64,000 nucleotides of DNA, taken from contig JAUVXV010000001.1 in the NCBI GenBank assembly GCA_030603365.1, positions 192,001 to 256,000 on the forward strand, read 5' to 3'. A model generated the notes under the pieces. The model was not told the DNA's origin and made no database searches. It worked only from the letters and a program-made list of their open reading frames with translations. Positions 30,487 through 38,765 of the stretch are shown here, piece after piece. Within the stretch, counting starts at the first letter, position 1, and each line of letters opens with the position of its first letter. Made by a program: the position numbers and the translations under genes. Source of the stretch: Candidatus Heimdallarchaeota archaeon. GTDB lineage: Archaea > Asgardarchaeota > Heimdallarchaeia > Heimdallarchaeales > Heimdallarchaeaceae.

Positions 30487-31314
30487 TTATGTTATGCCTG
30501 CTTCTTTCAGCTTTCTTTGAATCAGTGGTTTCATAATCATTTTTCTAAATGCTACTTTGAAATACAAGCTTTTCTTGAAATATCGTGCTACTTTTTTGTA
30601 AGAATCAACTGTACTCCAAATACTTGGATAAGCACTAATTTCATTTACTATGATTTTTCTGAAACCTCTCTTCTTTATATCCTGAAGAATTTTGTCAACT
30701 GGAAGCACCCCAGCTCCAAATGCATAATGTGAGTCTTCTCCCTCATTGCAATCTGAAAGGTGAATTTCTTCTAATTCCTCAAAAGGCATCTTATCTAGAA
30801 GGTCCATATATGTCTTTGGACCATTTCTTAAATAGGAATGGGCTACATCAAATAACCATCCCTTCAACTGTGATCCAAGCTCTTGTTTTAATTTCTTGTA
30901 TAGTTCCTTGAATTCTTCATCAGATGTAAAACAGACATTCTCTAAAAGTAAGGGGATTTTTAATCGCTTAAGATTGTTTACTAATGTTTCAAAATCTCCA
31001 TGAGTTTCAACAGGATGAAAAACCCCTAGAATAATATTCAATTCATCTCCATAATCATTGATAAGCTTAATAATGTCATCAATTTCTTTTTGTTTTTCAG
31101 AATAGGCAAAATCAAACCCTTCTATTTCTGCGACAGGAAGATGAAAAGTTGTTTTCATCCCTTCAAGTGTTGCTATAATTTTACTAACATTCTCTAAATT
31201 TACTCCCTGCGGGTTAATCTCTCCAGCTTCTATACCCAATGTTTTTGCAAATTTAATAATATGCTCACATTCTAGTCCTTTATACGCTTGTATAGTTTGA
31301 CCTATTAAAACCAT
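30487..31314 (-). CDS. Xylose isomerase-like/AP-endonuclease-2 TIM-barrel protein
   Basis: H, LLEN, FDVAH, EIHLSD, H, and E metal ligands. Confidence 0.82.
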   Translation of the reverse strand: MVLIGQTIQAYKGLECEHIIKFAKTLGIEAGEINPQGVNLENVSKIIATLEGMKTTFHLPVAEIEGFDFAYSEKQKEIDDIIKLINDYGDELNIILGVFHPVETHGDFETLVNNLKRLKIPLLLENVCFTSDEEFKELYKKLKQELGSQLKGWLFDVAHSYLRNGPKTYMDLLDKMPFEELEEIHLSDCNEGEDSHYAFGAGVLPVDKILQDIKKRGFRKIIVNEISAYPSIWSTVDSYKKVARYFKKSLYFKVAFRKMIMKPLIQRKLKEAGIT

Positions 31315-31364
31315 AATTAAAGTTGGTAGAGTGAAATATTTAAATTCATTCCTTTAAACAGATA

Positions 31365-32129
31365 TTGGAGCAAATGAAGGCAGAAAAAGCAATCGTTCGT
31401 GAACCAAGTAAAAGTTATACCCAATGCATAACATCTCACCCATTAGGTCATACTGTGAGCTTAGATTTAGCAAGAAAGCAGCACAACAAATACTGTGATA
31501 CTTTAACAGAATTAGGACTTGAATTAATCAAATTACCACTAAAAGATGAGTATCCAGATGCTTGTTTTGTTGAAGATAATGCAGTAGTTCATGGAAACAA
31601 AGCATTCATTACAAGAATGGGGGTTGAGAGTCGACGTGGAGAAGAAGTTGATGTTGAATCAGCTTTGAGACAGTATTTTAGCATATCAAAGGCAACAAAT
31701 TCCGCAACTATCGAAGGGGGAGATGTTGTACATTTACCTTCTTCGCTCATCTGTGGAATAACTCAAAGAACAAATTATAAAGGAGTAGAACAAATGAGGA
31801 ATTGGTTAGATGTTCAAATAGCTACGATAGAAAACCCCAATATTGTTCATCTGAAGAGTTATATGAAATATTTGGGAAAAAATATTCTTATCACATCTAA
31901 AGAATATGAAAATCATCCTTTAGTGAAAGATTTGGATTTGCTAATAATCCCAAAACAAGAGTATTATTCAATAAACTGCCTTTCAATTAATGATACAATT
32001 ATCATGTCTGATAAATTCCAATATGCACAAGATTTAGTAAAGAATGCAGGATTTGAGGTAATATCCCTCAATATGAGTGAGTTTGAAAAATGCCAAGCCT
32101 CGTTAACTTGTCTTTCGATTCTCTTCTAA
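31365..32129 (+). CDS. Dimethylarginine dimethylaminohydrolase (amidinotransferase superfamily)
   Basis: PDACFVED, SRRGE, IEGGDV, HLKS, LTCLS. Confidence 0.92.
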   Translation: MEQMKAEKAIVREPSKSYTQCITSHPLGHTVSLDLARKQHNKYCDTLTELGLELIKLPLKDEYPDACFVEDNAVVHGNKAFITRMGVESRRGEEVDVESALRQYFSISKATNSATIEGGDVVHLPSSLICGITQRTNYKGVEQMRNWLDVQIATIENPNIVHLKSYMKYLGKNILITSKEYENHPLVKDLDLLIIPKQEYYSINCLSINDTIIMSDKFQYAQDLVKNAGFEVISLNMSEFEKCQASLTCLSILF

Positions 32130-32206
32130 TGTCTAACTTGTATATTTGATTTAGAAATAAAAAGCAAAGCTCTATATAACTTCATATCAGTATTATTCTG
32201 ATTGAT

Positions 32207-32821
32207 ATGTTCTTCTTCAAACGTATTTATAAAACATTAATTGGTTTTGTGACTTGCTCCGTAGTTATTGTTGTATTGATGCTTTTACTATGGTCTACTA
32301 TCGGAATCGAAGAGCTAATTACACTGAATAGTGATATGATTACAAATTATGGTGCAGGAGGACACTTCTGGGTAATTTTAATGATGTTACTAAATGTAAG
32401 TATATTTATTAACATGAATATACCTATTGTTGGAGTTACTCAACCAGTAGAAGACATGAGTAACCCTGGAGTTTTTGTTCTAATACTTGTCATTTGGTTA
32501 ATCGGATCTTTTGCAGGAGGATTAGCTTCAAGAGGTGGATTAAGATCTGGCTTGTGGTCTGCAGTTTTATCTTATCTTTTCTTAGTTTTTCTATTTGCAA
32601 CAATGTCTGGTTCAATGGTTGGTACTGGGACTGCTGGTATGTTAGTTTTTATTATTAATTTCTTTGCCCCCATTGTCCTTGGATCATTCTTCATTATTCC
32701 TATCTTGGGTATTGCGGGTGGAATCGCTGGAGGAATACTTGGTAAAATGCTTTTCACAAAATCAAAGAAAAAAGATGATGTAAAAGGTGAAGAATCAAAG
32801 GAAGATTCAAAGGAAGAATAA
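32207..32821 (+). CDS. Gly-rich multi-pass membrane protein
   Basis: About 5 TM helices with GxxxG motifs. Confidence 0.75.
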   Translation: MFFFKRIYKTLIGFVTCSVVIVVLMLLLWSTIGIEELITLNSDMITNYGAGGHFWVILMMLLNVSIFINMNIPIVGVTQPVEDMSNPGVFVLILVIWLIGSFAGGLASRGGLRSGLWSAVLSYLFLVFLFATMSGSMVGTGTAGMLVFIINFFAPIVLGSFFIIPILGIAGGIAGGILGKMLFTKSKKKDDVKGEESKEDSKEE

Positions 32822-32910
32822 TCCAACTTCTTCTTTCTTTTTCTAAATTTGATCGAGGTTTTTATACGTATATTTTTTATATTGAAAAAATAACAATTCA
32901 ACTGAATCTT

Positions 32911-34449
32911 ATGGCTAGTCAAACTAATACTTTAGCTATTCCCTGGGTAGAAAAATATCGTCCAGAACATCTTGTTGATTTTGTGGGCAATAGAAGTGCA
33001 GTTCAGGAACTAGAAAATTGGTTAAAAACCTGGAACCAGCAAAAGAAGAAAGTAGCACTTCTAGCGGGTCCTGCAGGAGTAGGAAAGACTAGTGTTGTTT
33101 ATTATTTGATTAAGAAGTATAAATACGAATTTGTAGAAGTCAATGCAAGTGATAAGAGAAACAAGAAAGCTGTTGAGTTATTAGTAGGTAAATCTTCAAC
33201 TGAAGGTACTGTTTTACAGGGAGCTAGGGTTCGAAAGTTAATTCTAGTTGATGAAGCGGATGGTTTGTTTGGGAATGAAGATAGGGGAGGAGGAAGTGCA
33301 TTAGGAAAAGCTGTAACATCGACAAAAGTTCCAATCATCTGTACTGCAAATGATCCTTCAGCAAAATCGCTGAAATCAGCAAAAAGAAGCATGAAAGTCA
33401 TTGAATTTCATAGATTAGAAGAAGATGAAATATTGCTTCTTCTTCAGAAGATAGCTGATAAAGAAAAAGTGAAAGTAAGTGATGCAACACTTATTGCTAT
33501 TACAAAAAATTGTGGGGGGGATGCTAGATCTGCAATTAACGATTTAGAAGGAGCGGCTTTTGGAAACATTGATAAAGAGATAACATTTGCTCCTAGAAAT
33601 CAACAACATAGTCTGGATAATGCACTAAATAACATCTTCAAAGCAAATAACTTCTATGATGTGAAATCCGCACTAGACGGAGTTGATGTTGATTATCGAG
33701 AGCTTCTAACCTATATTCATGAACATGCATACAAACAAGCAGAATCATCAGCTGAACAACTCAAAATGTATGAATTAATAGCTGTAGCAGATTTTTACCT
33801 TTCACAATGCTATATAAAACAGGACTGGAAGTTCCTAAAATATTTCTTTACATTTATCTCGTCTGTTGGACTTGTTAAAACTTCTTCATTCAAATATACT
33901 AAGTATGGCTTTCCTAGCTACTGGTCTCTTATGGCGAGACTTCGTGGAAAAAATGCAAAAATAAAGAGCATCGCAGATAAGAGTATTAAACACCTTCATT
34001 GCTCAAGAAAGTTATTTCAAAATGAATATTATCCCTTCCTACGAATAATCTTCAATACTGACCCTAAAATGGCAGGGGGATTAACAACTTGGTTACAATA
34101 TAGTGATGATGATCTCAATTTTCTAACAGATGGTTCTAGTAAATTAATAAAGAGAATAAAAGATCATGCTGAGGAAGCTTATCTACAAATGGCTGGGGAT
34201 TGGATTAAAAGGGCAAAGAATATGGAAAAGAGTTTGCTCTTTTATAACGAACCAGCAAAAAAGAAGAAAGTAAAGTTTACTTCTTCTAAAAAAGTCAAAG
34301 AAAACATAAAAAAGGTAGTAGAAATCAAGGATGAAACTCACGAGAAAGAATCTGAAGAAGAAAAAACTTCAGAAAGTGATAATTCATCAGAGAAGAAAAC
34401 CAATAATAATAAAAAATCTCAAACATCTCTAGAGAAATTTGTCAATTAG
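32911..34449 (+). CDS. rfcL: Replication factor C large subunit
   Basis: PWVEKYRP, GPAGVGKT, EVNASD, DEADG, GDARSAINDL; C-terminal PIP box QTSLEKF. Confidence 0.95.
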   Translation: MASQTNTLAIPWVEKYRPEHLVDFVGNRSAVQELENWLKTWNQQKKKVALLAGPAGVGKTSVVYYLIKKYKYEFVEVNASDKRNKKAVELLVGKSSTEGTVLQGARVRKLILVDEADGLFGNEDRGGGSALGKAVTSTKVPIICTANDPSAKSLKSAKRSMKVIEFHRLEEDEILLLLQKIADKEKVKVSDATLIAITKNCGGDARSAINDLEGAAFGNIDKEITFAPRNQQHSLDNALNNIFKANNFYDVKSALDGVDVDYRELLTYIHEHAYKQAESSAEQLKMYELIAVADFYLSQCYIKQDWKFLKYFFTFISSVGLVKTSSFKYTKYGFPSYWSLMARLRGKNAKIKSIADKSIKHLHCSRKLFQNEYYPFLRIIFNTDPKMAGGLTTWLQYSDDDLNFLTDGSSKLIKRIKDHAEEAYLQMAGDWIKRAKNMEKSLLFYNEPAKKKKVKFTSSKKVKENIKKVVEIKDETHEKESEEEKTSESDNSSEKKTNNNKKSQTSLEKFVN

Positions 34450-34465
34450 GAAGAAAATACAAAGT

Positions 34466-34786
34466 TTATTTTTCCTCTTTAGTTTTTGAAATTTGATCAC
34501 CTAGAGGAAACATGAGACCAGATGAAAGAAGGAACTGTAACATTTTCTTGAAGTTAGAGACCATATAGATATCAGTACCTGTTTTCTTTCTAACCATCCG
34601 ATTTTGTACTAAGTAATCTATGCATTTCAGCACATCCTTTTTTCTAATACCAGTAACATCTATTAATTCATCTAAGCTCATTCCTTCTTCGTATAAACTT
34701 AAAGAAACTGCTACTACACCAATATTAACCCTATCAATTACATCACTAGGGAGTTCTATGTCTTCTTCTGGTTTTGTATCATCCAT
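34466..34786 (-). CDS. Small winged-helix protein
   Basis: MSLDELIDVTGI-KKDV-KCIDYLV--RMV HTH/wing pattern. Confidence 0.7.
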   Translation of the reverse strand: MDDTKPEEDIELPSDVIDRVNIGVVAVSLSLYEEGMSLDELIDVTGIRKKDVLKCIDYLVQNRMVRKKTGTDIYMVSNFKKMLQFLLSSGLMFPLGDQISKTKEEK

Positions 34787-35411
34787 TCTTATTCATCTCA
34801 TTCAAATTGCCATTTTTTAATATTAAGGAGAAATAAGTATCGACTAAGGGGGGAGGAATCCCAATGTCTTTTAATTTCTTTCTTATTTCTTTATTTGACA
34901 TCTTATCACAGTTTGTTTTATATTGAAATGCAGTAAACTCACCATATTCCCATGGGTATACTACCCAAGACTGTGTTTCTTTTATATAGTAATTAGGTTT
35001 GACAATGCTATGATTTTTGTAATATAGTGTTGCTGTCCTTATTTCTTTTGCTCCCTTTTCCTTAATGTGATCTATAGCAGCAACTAAACTCTTTCCACTA
35101 TCTGCAACATCATCTACAATCAGAACAATTTTCCCCTCTACTCCTTCTGAGATTTCTTGGGTAATAATAGGATTTTCAGTGGCTCTAGAAGTATTATCAT
35201 AGAATTCAATCTTAATATTCGCTGTTCTTTTGTTCCCATAAAAATCAGCTAATAATCTAGCTGGTATCCAACCGCCTCTAGCTATACCAACAATTACCTC
35301 TGGATAAAAATTATCTTCAGTGATTTTCTCAAATAAATAAAAGGTCATTTGATAGCTTTGATCCCAAGATACAATCTCATAATCTTCCATTTTTTGTTCA
35401 CACAAAAACAA
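34779..35411 (-). CDS. Type I (purine) phosphoribosyltransferase
   Basis: IARGG, VLIVDDVADSG, WVVYPWE. Confidence 0.92.
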   Translation of the reverse strand: MFLCEQKMEDYEIVSWDQSYQMTFYLFEKITEDNFYPEVIVGIARGGWIPARLLADFYGNKRTANIKIEFYDNTSRATENPIITQEISEGVEGKIVLIVDDVADSGKSLVAAIDHIKEKGAKEIRTATLYYKNHSIVKPNYYIKETQSWVVYPWEYGEFTAFQYKTNCDKMSNKEIRKKLKDIGIPPPLVDTYFSLILKNGNLNEMNKNG

Positions 35412-35479
35412 CCTCTATCTTGTTAAAAAGATTATTAATGGTGCTACTGAAGATTGCATTTTAAGAAAGCTTAATATCT

Positions 35480-37765
35480 ATGATTGAGACATTGAACTTT
35501 GAAGAATTAAAAGGTGCCATTATGTCATTTATAGAAAGATTACAACTAAATCCAGAAGAAAAACAGGTTTATTCGTTACTTCTAGGTACAGGACAACTAA
35601 CAACTTTTGAAATTGCGGAATATGGGAAGCTCCACTTTTCTAAGGTTGAAACTGCTCTGGACTCTCTTGTTACAAAGAGAGCTGTAGGTGTTTCTGAAGG
35701 CTATATCGAGAAATACTTTGTTAGAATACCTTTGGAATATCTAGCTGAATCTAGTGATACTATTAATTCGAGTATCAAAGGATATTTAGAAAGCACAAAT
35801 AGCTTTATTCAGAGTAAGCAAACTGAATTTAATCAACTACGAACTAATCTGGTTAATCAGCTCAATACTTCTTTAACTCAAAAAGAAGAGGAGATAGATC
35901 AACAATACTCTAATGTTTCAGCAAATCTCCAATCTTTAACAAATCAAAGGAGAGAAAATCTAGAAAGCAAGTTAAATATGATAAAGAGTAAACTCACAAG
36001 TATTCAAGATGAAGAAAAACAATTCATAGAAAACTCAATTAAAGAAGTTTTGCAAAATAATATTGATACAATATCTGCTGCAAAATCTGTTGCTGAGAAT
36101 AGTTTAGAAAATATCAAACATTCTAATACAGAGACAATTGCGAATACTAATAGTACGATGGAGCAAAATATTAAACAACATACTGCAAGCATAGAAGAAA
36201 TTTCTCAATCTTTGCAGCCTAAAATTGAACTTCTAGAAGAAAATTATCTTAATCATCTTAATGAAATCACAGAGCTTATTCAACAGAATATTGATACAAC
36301 AAAAATTGATGTTAGAACGTTCAATCGAAGTCAAGCTGACAAATATGTAGGTTTTTCTACAGAAACCGTTAGAAAAACAGGGGAAACAATTGATAAAATC
36401 TCTGATACAGTTTCGGGTTCTTTAGGGGAGCTAAATACTTCACTTGAAATGATTCTAAATAGAAAAGTGGAAGAGTTATCACTCCAAGTTCAAGAAGCGG
36501 TTTCATCTCTGAATGAGAAAGTTGCTGAAATTAAACAGAGTTTATTTGATGAATTTGAACAGCAGAGGAATAATGCGATATCTGGTACTATCTCACAAAT
36601 TAAAGGAGATATGAACCTTAAATTTACAGATTTACAGAATAATGAACAAATTCAAAGAAACAACCTTGTTAGTGAGAGAGACATATTCTCACAAAAGCTT
36701 GAAACTCATTACAATGAGGCAATTCAAAGCTATAATGAGAAAATCACTGAAATTCAAGATACTGCTAGAACTAGGTTAAGCTCTTTTAAAGAAAATCTTA
36801 CAAACCAATTCAGTAGTATTGCATCAACAATTTTTGAAGATTTGAATAGCCATGTTCAGCAGTTCAAAGATCTATCTGATCAACTTAACGAGAATATACA
36901 ACAAACTCTAGGTTCTGAAATAGATGGTGTAAAAGAGAAATGGACGAATTTGTCAGCTCAAATAGAAACATTGACACAAGAAAACGAAACCAAAATCAAT
37001 GAAAAATACCAAGAAGTAATAAATCTAATTGGAGCATCAACAACAAGTATTACTACTGATTTGAGTAATTATTTGAACCAAACTCTAGAATCATCGCTTA
37101 AGGTTACCAATGATTTTGTCACAGCTTCAAAAACTCAGATAAGAGAGAGTAAAGATCAAATTGCTGGTAGTCTTAATGAGGAAGTAAATGCATCGACTAC
37201 TTTCTTAGAAGAAACTGGGGCTAAATATACAGATACAGCGAATTATCTTACTAGCTTAACAATGAAAATAAAGAATGATTTCAGGACTTTAGAAGCAACA
37301 ACTAGTGAAACTCCTGTTCCTCGTGTAGAAACAACATCAATAATTGGGCTTGAAGCTACCATTAGTCACATCGATAGAATAGTAAGAGCTGCAAAAAGAA
37401 GTGTGACAATCATGTCCCCAAAACCAGAATACATACCACTAGAGGCAGTAAAGTCCTTACCAACAACAGTGAGAGTTACAATAGTAACTTATCTTGATGA
37501 GCAAATGAATAGGGATTGGATAGATTCTGCTTATGCAGCGGAAGCAAATGTTGAAGTAAGAAAATTCAGAGATATGGGGACAGGTGTAGAGCTTCCACAA
37601 TTCATTGGTGCTGAGAGAGAAAATGAGGAAGTATTAATAGCAGCAACTGATGAGGCTACGCAACAAGTTGTTGGGATTTTAAGTAGTTCTACAGAATTTG
37701 CTAAACTTGTTTCATATATCATAATAGCTGATTTTGCAAGAGGAAGGTCAACACAAATAAAATAA
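35480..37765 (+). CDS. TrmB-like HTH + about 540-aa coiled coil + TrmB/PLD-like C-terminal domain
   Basis: N-terminal EEKQVYSLLL..GQLT..EIA wHTH; long heptad region; C-terminal IVRAAKRSVTIMSP...IGAERENEEVLIA. Confidence 0.75.
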   Translation: MIETLNFEELKGAIMSFIERLQLNPEEKQVYSLLLGTGQLTTFEIAEYGKLHFSKVETALDSLVTKRAVGVSEGYIEKYFVRIPLEYLAESSDTINSSIKGYLESTNSFIQSKQTEFNQLRTNLVNQLNTSLTQKEEEIDQQYSNVSANLQSLTNQRRENLESKLNMIKSKLTSIQDEEKQFIENSIKEVLQNNIDTISAAKSVAENSLENIKHSNTETIANTNSTMEQNIKQHTASIEEISQSLQPKIELLEENYLNHLNEITELIQQNIDTTKIDVRTFNRSQADKYVGFSTETVRKTGETIDKISDTVSGSLGELNTSLEMILNRKVEELSLQVQEAVSSLNEKVAEIKQSLFDEFEQQRNNAISGTISQIKGDMNLKFTDLQNNEQIQRNNLVSERDIFSQKLETHYNEAIQSYNEKITEIQDTARTRLSSFKENLTNQFSSIASTIFEDLNSHVQQFKDLSDQLNENIQQTLGSEIDGVKEKWTNLSAQIETLTQENETKINEKYQEVINLIGASTTSITTDLSNYLNQTLESSLKVTNDFVTASKTQIRESKDQIAGSLNEEVNASTTFLEETGAKYTDTANYLTSLTMKIKNDFRTLEATTSETPVPRVETTSIIGLEATISHIDRIVRAAKRSVTIMSPKPEYIPLEAVKSLPTTVRVTIVTYLDEQMNRDWIDSAYAAEANVEVRKFRDMGTGVELPQFIGAERENEEVLIAATDEATQQVVGILSSSTEFAKLVSYIIIADFARGRSTQIK

Positions 37766-37915
37766 ATTATAAAACGACATCCCTCTTTTTTTCTTCTTTC
37801 TAGACCTTCAAGTTATTAATTGAAGAAATACAAGATACAAGAAATATGGGTAAAGAGAGAAGAGTTTAAAAAGAGGATAAAAAAAAGGATTTCAAACACC
37901 TAGGTGAAATAAAAA

Positions 37916-38089
37916 ATGCCAACAGTAGTAGATGCAGAATGTTGTATAGCTTGTGGAGCTTGTGTAGATATTTGTCCAGAAAATGTATATGACATGAAAG
38001 ATGTAGCAGTAACAACAAGAAAGGAAGAGTGTACAGATTGTGGACTCTGCATTGATGAATGTCCTAACGAATGTATTGATTTCGAGTAA
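37916..38089 (+). CDS. 2x[4Fe-4S] ferredoxin (57 aa; not in ORF track)
   Basis: MPTVVDAECCIACGACVDICPENVYDMKDVAVTTRKEECTDCGLCIDECPNECIDFE; two CxxCxxCxxxCP motifs; AGGTGA RBS. Confidence 0.95.
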   Translation: MPTVVDAECCIACGACVDICPENVYDMKDVAVTTRKEECTDCGLCIDECPNECIDFE

Positions 38090-38152
38090 ATAATTGGACA
38101 TTTATTTTCTTTTTCTAATTAATTTCTTGTTTTTCTTGTCTTTCTTGTTTTT

Positions 38153-38635
38153 CTAATGTCTGTATCTTCTAAATAATTTCTTCCAACCACTTACTTTTTC
38201 TCCTAGATTTATCATACCCATAGGTGCCGATTTAACTACCTCTAGGTCATAGAGAACTTTGTCAAAACCATCAAAAACTGCTGGTTCCGCATAACCTCGT
38301 CCAATTTCATCTTCATACATTTCTAGAAATGCTCCATAAGTCATATCTAGTTGTGCTTTCACTTCTTCATCTTTTTCTCTTAATGGTGTAGTGAAGACAA
38401 TTATTAAGTTTCGATCATTATCCACTTTGAAATTTAATTTCAAATCTGAGAAGATAACTGACTGAATTTCCTGTTGTCCATATGATTCTTTCGAAAATGC
38501 ATAAAGTGCAGCTAAAAATCCTGTTTGTAGAGTGTGATCTGGTCTCATTTTACAAGTTTCTCCTCCAAAACACCTACTATAGTATGGGATACCACTACTA
38601 TCAAATATAAATACATCATCTGCCAATTTAATCAC
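38153..38635 (-). CDS. Longin-like domain protein
   Basis: VFIFDSSGIPYYSR...GFLAALYAFSKE...IQSVIF-DLKLNF...LIIVF...final helix: longin topology typical of Asgard archaea. Confidence 0.72.
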   Translation of the reverse strand: MIKLADDVFIFDSSGIPYYSRCFGGETCKMRPDHTLQTGFLAALYAFSKESYGQQEIQSVIFSDLKLNFKVDNDRNLIIVFTTPLREKDEEVKAQLDMTYGAFLEMYEDEIGRGYAEPAVFDGFDKVLYDLEVVKSAPMGMINLGEKVSGWKKLFRRYRH

Positions 38636-38765
38636 TTAATTGAGTTTAATTATTTATAACATTCTCATTTTCTATTTTTAAAATATGGATTGAACAAAAA
38701 TTCGCTATTTGCCATGTCTGTTCACCCACACGTTTATTTATCATTTTCTAGATAAAGAGTTGACA

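Noticed and set aside
37892-38101. 69-aa Cys-rich minus-strand ORF
   Set aside because: Opposite-strand shadow of the ferredoxin gene
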